NCBI GenBank assembly: GCA_977017645.1
Contig: OZ360247.1
Span: forward strand, 15,190,001-15,254,000
Direction of reading: 5' to 3'
DNA length: 64,000 nt
Source: Torpedo marmorata
Lineage: Eukaryota
A model generated the notes under the pieces. That model had not been told where the DNA came from. It made no database searches and saw nothing but the letters and a program-made list of their open reading frames with translations. Below are positions 58,731-64,000 of the stretch, piece after piece. Every line of letters begins with the position of its first letter. Position 1 is the first letter of the stretch. Made by a program: the position numbers and the translations under genes.

Positions 58731-61120
58731 ATACATTGTGTGGCCTATATTCAATTTACTTCCAAATTCATTGTGAATTAAAATTCATTGTGGTAATCGA
58801 TACACCAGACTTTTCTCCCTATGAAATAATAAATGGGATTGAGTCAGACGTTTAAATTATGTAGTATGAGTGAGGCTGTTGTCATGTATAGTTAGTCTTA
58901 TAATTATATTTTAAAATTAGATTTTTCCCCCCAATGTTAACTCATGAACCTGCATGTTGGAATGCTGATACCCAGACTTTACAATAACTTTGGGAGTACT
59001 ATTTTCTCATATTGCCATGATTTTTAAATGTAACAATTAAGTGTAGGATTAGAATAAGAATTAGCATTAATCCCTATTTATCTTATTGTTGTATTTAAAA
59101 AGCCTTCCTTGATCAAATTTATGGGTTTTAATATATCTAACGAGTTGTGCTCTTAGAGAGATTGCTTCTTAAGTCACCAACATTCTATTTGTATTTTTTT
59201 CACCAGAGCAAGAATATTTCAAAATGCTAGTGTTATTAAATGAAACATTGATACTGAGTCATGTAATGATTAGTATTAGGACAAATTATCAAAGGTGTCA
59301 TCAAAACCAGTTTATAATCATAGTATCCCAAATTTTTGAAAGAATGTTCTCTCCCATCACAATGAGTGTGTGTATCCATTTTCATAACTTTTCCCACCTT
59401 CTCTGTATCTCACATTGGCAGAAGTTCTCAATGAGTGGTATTGTCGCTTTCAGTCTTTTACTCCCAGCATACCCCTTGTCCGCTTCTCTTAACACACTCT
59501 AAACTCTGGATCATCCAGAAGACTATTTCCTGCTCTGCATAAGGTTCTTCCTGGCTCTTTCCCTCTGTATCCGTGCACATTTGTATTAGATCCTGTATTC
59601 ATATTGCCTCAAATTTAATGTGAATCTAATAATTCAATCCGGCCAGTGTCCCTGTTTTCTTTCTCTGAAATTCCATTTTTCAACTGTCTGTGAATTATTC
59701 CTGTTCTTCGACTTTGAACCCCCCCCCCCCCAACCTCAAACATCTTTTGCACAATTGATTTTCTTTTCTGGCTCATAAGTTTACTCCTGAAATCCCTTTT
59801 GCCTCTTATATGGATTGTTGGCAGATATTCTACACTGTGTGCAACTTCCATTCTAAAAGCCAAGTATTTAGCCCATAGGAACGCACCATTATGTGATAAT
59901 TCAATAATTGGTCCACTTTATGATCAGATTTAAATCCCATACTATATCTGTGCTCTCACAACACTTCTCGCTTCTTTCATGTGGCTGAATATTTTGGCTT
60001 GTAAATCGTGAAGGCTCTTTCATTTTAAAAGAGCAATTGAATGTATGGAGCAACATTTGTCATCGTATTTCACTCTGCTCAATTTTACTTCCCCTTTCAT
60101 GAGAGAGATAAATTTCATCATATTTCCCCAGGCAGGCTTTTGATTTTAGCCAGCCTTTTGGGTCAGTCTTGTGCAAAATGCATGAGTTTTTCTTTGCTAG
60201 GTTATGCATTCCCTCCTATATTTGATTGTTTTTCCCTCTTCCCATTTTAGATTTTAATTTTTCCTCGTGTTTTATGTGCCTGGGAAGCTGCAGCAAGTGC
60301 GACTTTAATTGCATCTATACGTTGTACTTGTGTTGTGGCAATAAACTTTATTCAATCATTCAAGTTGGATACAAGTGGTGCACAATTTTGGTTGCAATTC
60401 TGCTGCAGTTTTCCACCTTGTAACAATGTTAGTTGCAGGAGGCATCCGATAGTAACAGTGAGGTCAGGCATTTTCAGGCAAAGTCACTTTGTGCTGTCCT
60501 TGCATATATGAGAGTGTTGATAAACAGAAGTTATTTATTCGTGCTATCAGGAAACTCAGAAGAGGGTGAAATTTGTATTTGGATAACTGAAGTGTGAAGC
60601 ACCAAGAAAATGTTCCCTTTGGATACATCTGATATCATTTAATATTACTGACATGTTGATTTGGCTGTTCAAAATAATTACCTCCCCTAAACTTAACCTC
60701 ATGAAAATCACTGACCTGAAAGATTAAGTGTCATTCTCTTGATTGTTTTTATATCTGCCCTAAATCTGCTTTGGTCTACATCTATCCCCCATTTTTTTTG
60801 CCACCCACCAGTTGCCAAGCTCCATTACTTTATAGACTGTTTTAACAATCTACTCATTTACAGAATGTGCACATCACTGATGTGATATTTCTTGCCTATT
60901 TGCCCACAAAGTGCTGGTGAGTTGTTTGACGTGATGCAGCTGTTCACAGTGTGTCAGATGCGGCTCGAGTGATTTGATCCAGGAGTGGAGAAAATTCAGA
61001 AGCATGGTTGTCTGTCATCTTGACAATAACTTGAGGACATACTCCTATGTAATTGTTACTCTTGTCCTTTAGGTGGTAGAAGTTGTGGATTTGGGAGGTG
61101 CTGTTGAATAAGCCTTGGCA

Positions 61121-61375
61121 GTTTAAATTTTTTAATTTAGACATTCAACACAGTAACAGGCAATTTCGGCCCACGAGCTCCTGCTGCCCAATTACACCCA
61201 ATTGACCTACACCCCCGGTACTTTTTTGAAGGGTGGGAGGAAACCGGAGCACCCAGTGGAAACCCACGCAGACATGGGGAGAACGTACAAACTCCTTACA
61301 GACAGCGCCAGATTTGACCCCCGGCTACTGGTGCTGTCACAGCGTTGCGCTAACCGCTACGCTAACTGTGCCACC
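61121..61375 (-). mobile_element. tRNA-derived V-SINE within degraded LINE sequence
   Basis: Reverse complement of the 5046 consensus, full length. Confidence 0.87.
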
Positions 61376-62392
61376 CGGTTGATGCAGTTAATTTTGTGCA
61401 TGGCACATGCGGTAGCCATGGTGCGTTAATGGTGAAGGGATTGGATATTTAAGGATATTATGAGATGTTGATGATGGTATTGGATTCAAATTTATGGGAT
61501 CCTTGTTTAATCCAGCCTTGTCGGTTGTGGAAAAGCCTAAGGGAGTTGCTAAATTCGTCATTGACACAGAATACCCAGCCTCTGGCATCTTCCAGCCAAA
61601 GTATTTGTGTGGCTATGCATCTTGGGATATGTGACAACAAACAATTCAATTCAAACATGTAGTGGTCAAAATTGCCTCCCAAATGTCAGAGAAAATAAAA
61701 TGTAAAACTATTATAGCCGTTTTACCATAGTTACTTTGTCTGGATGAATTCTAAGTTTAAGTTCCTTGTTTAACAAGTTCAGGTGAATCCTTCTCAGCTC
61801 TTCTCAATGCAGCACAGGGTACAAACTAATGGGCTCTTACAATTATCATCCCGAATAATGATGAAGATTTCATCTGAGGAAATAACTTGTTGTTTAGGAC
61901 AAAGGATGATTTTATGCAACAATATCTAATAATCTATGAAGTTAAATTGTCCTAATTTTGTCAAGTTTTCACATGTAAATAAATTGGTCTATAATTGAGC
62001 AACAACTGCACCCTGCCCACTGAAATTAAATGCCCAAATCCCCCACATTACATGAAGAAAAACTTCAAGCCAATTAAGTATGCCTTATAGTATAAGGCTT
62101 ATACAAACAATACAACATTTAGGATGTACCATTTATACCCACAGGCTATCCCAGAGTTGTTTAAAGCTGATGACTATCCAGTAAGAGAATCTTCGACTCT
62201 TAGGTGCCTGGAAGTGCGTAGCACTTTGACAGAATTGTGCAGACTCAAATCCCATTCTCAGACTTAACCACGTAATTCGGGCTCATACTTCAGCTGAGTG
62301 CTGAGGATGTGCTACACTTTTTGAGCTCCCATCTATCTGATCTGTAGTTAAACTGTAAACCTGTCAACCTTCACTTCAGGTGAATCCATATA

Positions 62393-62593
62393 CAGTAAAA
62401 CCCCTGGAATCTGGCACCTATGGGAATTGGAAGATGCCAGATAAATGAATTTTCTGGTTGCTTGAGACTGTGTTGCGTGAGTGGCGAACTAACGGCGAGG
62501 TCCGCCAATTTTAACTTCTGTATTTTTTACCTATTTATTTTCCGCGATTATCTTTATGCTGGTTGCTTGAATTCCGGATAACGGGTTTTACTG
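62393..62593. mobile_element. Tigger/pogo-like MITE (201 bp)
   Basis: TA|CAGTAAAACCC...GGGTTTTACTG|TA. Confidence 0.85.
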
Positions 62594-62705
62594 TAATTTA
62601 CTAATCAGGGAAGGAATAAGGAGGTTCTTCTGTGAAAAACAGTTATTAGCTTTTCCATACTAATTTGCAACACATGAATTGGTTGCCTTGATTCCCATAG
62701 TTCAA

Positions 62706-64000
62706 GATCAAGTCAAGTCACCTTTATTTGTCATTCATTACCATGTACACATTAAGACGAGATAGTGTTTCTTCAGGACCATGGGCAGATGTACATAAAT
62801 ATCATAATACAATAGATAAAACTATAGCATGCTAATACACATATATATCTAGGAATTGAGGAGCCTGATGGCTTGGGGGAAAAAAACTGTTGCACAGTCT
62901 GGACGTACGAGCCCGAGTGCTTCGGTACCTCCTTCCAGATGGCAAAGGGGAAAACAGTTTACCAAAGGGGTGTGAGAAGTCCTTCACAATGTTATTAGCG
63001 TTCCTCATGCATCGTGTGTTGTAGATGTCTGTCATGGTGGGGAGAGAGACTCCAATAATTTTCTCCGCTGCCCTCACTATCCTCTGCAGGGTCTTTCGGT
63101 CCGAGGTGATACAGTTTCCAAACCAAGCGGTGATGCAATTGCTCAGAATACTCTCAATACATCCCCTGTAGAATGTAGTAAGGTGAAGTAGGTGGGAGAT
63201 GAATTTTCCTCAGTCTTCGCAGGAAGTAAAGACGCTGCTGGGCTTTCTGACTATGGAACTGGTGTTTAGGGACCAGCTGAGACTCTCCGCCAAGTGCACT
63301 CCAAGAAACTTGGTACTCTTTACGACCTCAACGGTAGAGCCGTCCATGGTCAATGGAAAGTGATCCCCCCGGGCCCTCCTGAAGTCGACAACCAACTCTT
63401 TTGTTCACGTTCAGCTGCAGGTTGTTGTTTCCGCACCATTCCATTAGCGACTTCACCTCATCTCTGTATGCTAACTCATCATTCTTACTGATAAGGCCCA
63501 CCACGGTTGTATCATCAGCAAACTTTATGATGTGACTCGAGCTGTGTTTTGCTGCACAGTCATGAGTCAGCAGAGTGAACAGCAATGGACTAAGCACACA
63601 GCCCTGGGGAGCCCCCGTGCTCAATGTAATGACCTTAGGAGTGCTGTTTCCAATCCAGACTGCCTGAGGTCTTCCCGTCAGGAAGTCTAGAATCCAATTA
63701 CAGAGTGTCGTTTAGGCCCAGCCCGCTCAACTTCCCTATCAGGTACTGAGGTATGATCGTGTTGAATGCCGAGCTGAAGTCAATAAACAGCATTCGAACA
63801 TACGCGTCCTTATTTTCCAGGTGGGTGAGGGCATCATCTGTGGAGCGGTTTGATCTATATGCGAACTGCAGGGGGTCCAGTGAGGGGGCAGCAGAAGCTT
63901 CATGTGCCTCATGACGAGCCTCTCGAAGCACTTCATGATGGTAGATGTGAGTGCAACAGGGCGGTAGTCATTGAGGCAGGACACCGTCGACTTCTTCGGC
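62706..64000 (-). mobile_element. Rex1-type LINE family B, running off the window end
   Basis: RT motifs in frameshifted minus ORFs; same 3' UTR as the 25977 and 47865 copies. Confidence 0.92.

Noticed and set aside
58069-58855. 186-aa and 101-aa ORFs
   Set aside because: Arise from the GC-rich repeat; no recognisable domain.
57680-64000. Next NPEPPS exon
   Set aside because: No AG/GT-bounded segment with the expected continuation was found; it presumably lies beyond the window.

Overview
Vertebrate genomic DNA, most likely a cartilaginous fish (inferred from HE1/V-SINE-like, SacSINE1/Deu-like, CR1 and Penelope repeats). The whole window lies inside one + strand gene, the puromycin-sensitive aminopeptidase NPEPPS (M1 family). 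Twelve GT-AG coding exons between 773 and 57679 join in frame into 1335 nt (445 codons), carrying GAMEN, HELAH-x18-E and the catalytic Tyr. They probably correspond to human exons 5-16 (numbering from memory); both gene ends lie outside the window. The introns are dense with transposons: a young Rex1/Babar-type LINE with an uninterrupted EN-RT frame, other Rex1, CR1, L1 and Penelope fragments, tRNA- and 5S-derived SINEs, two solo LTRs, and Tc2/pogo, Tigger-like, piggyBac and hAT MITEs. Best leads: (1) Penelope-end elements with minimal hammerhead-ribozyme-like motifs; (2) a possible in-frame splice from NPEPPS into the intact LINE ORF; (3) a 5S-derived SINE sharing a Rex-type tail and creating a competing splice donor; (4) repeated TA-CCGG-TA motifs that look like MITE excision footprints; (5) a 240-bp hairpin and a 27-bp VNTR inside MITEs; (6) a composite hAT element carrying captured DNA. 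All calls were made by eye, with no database searches; repeat boundaries without a TSD or TIR are approximate.
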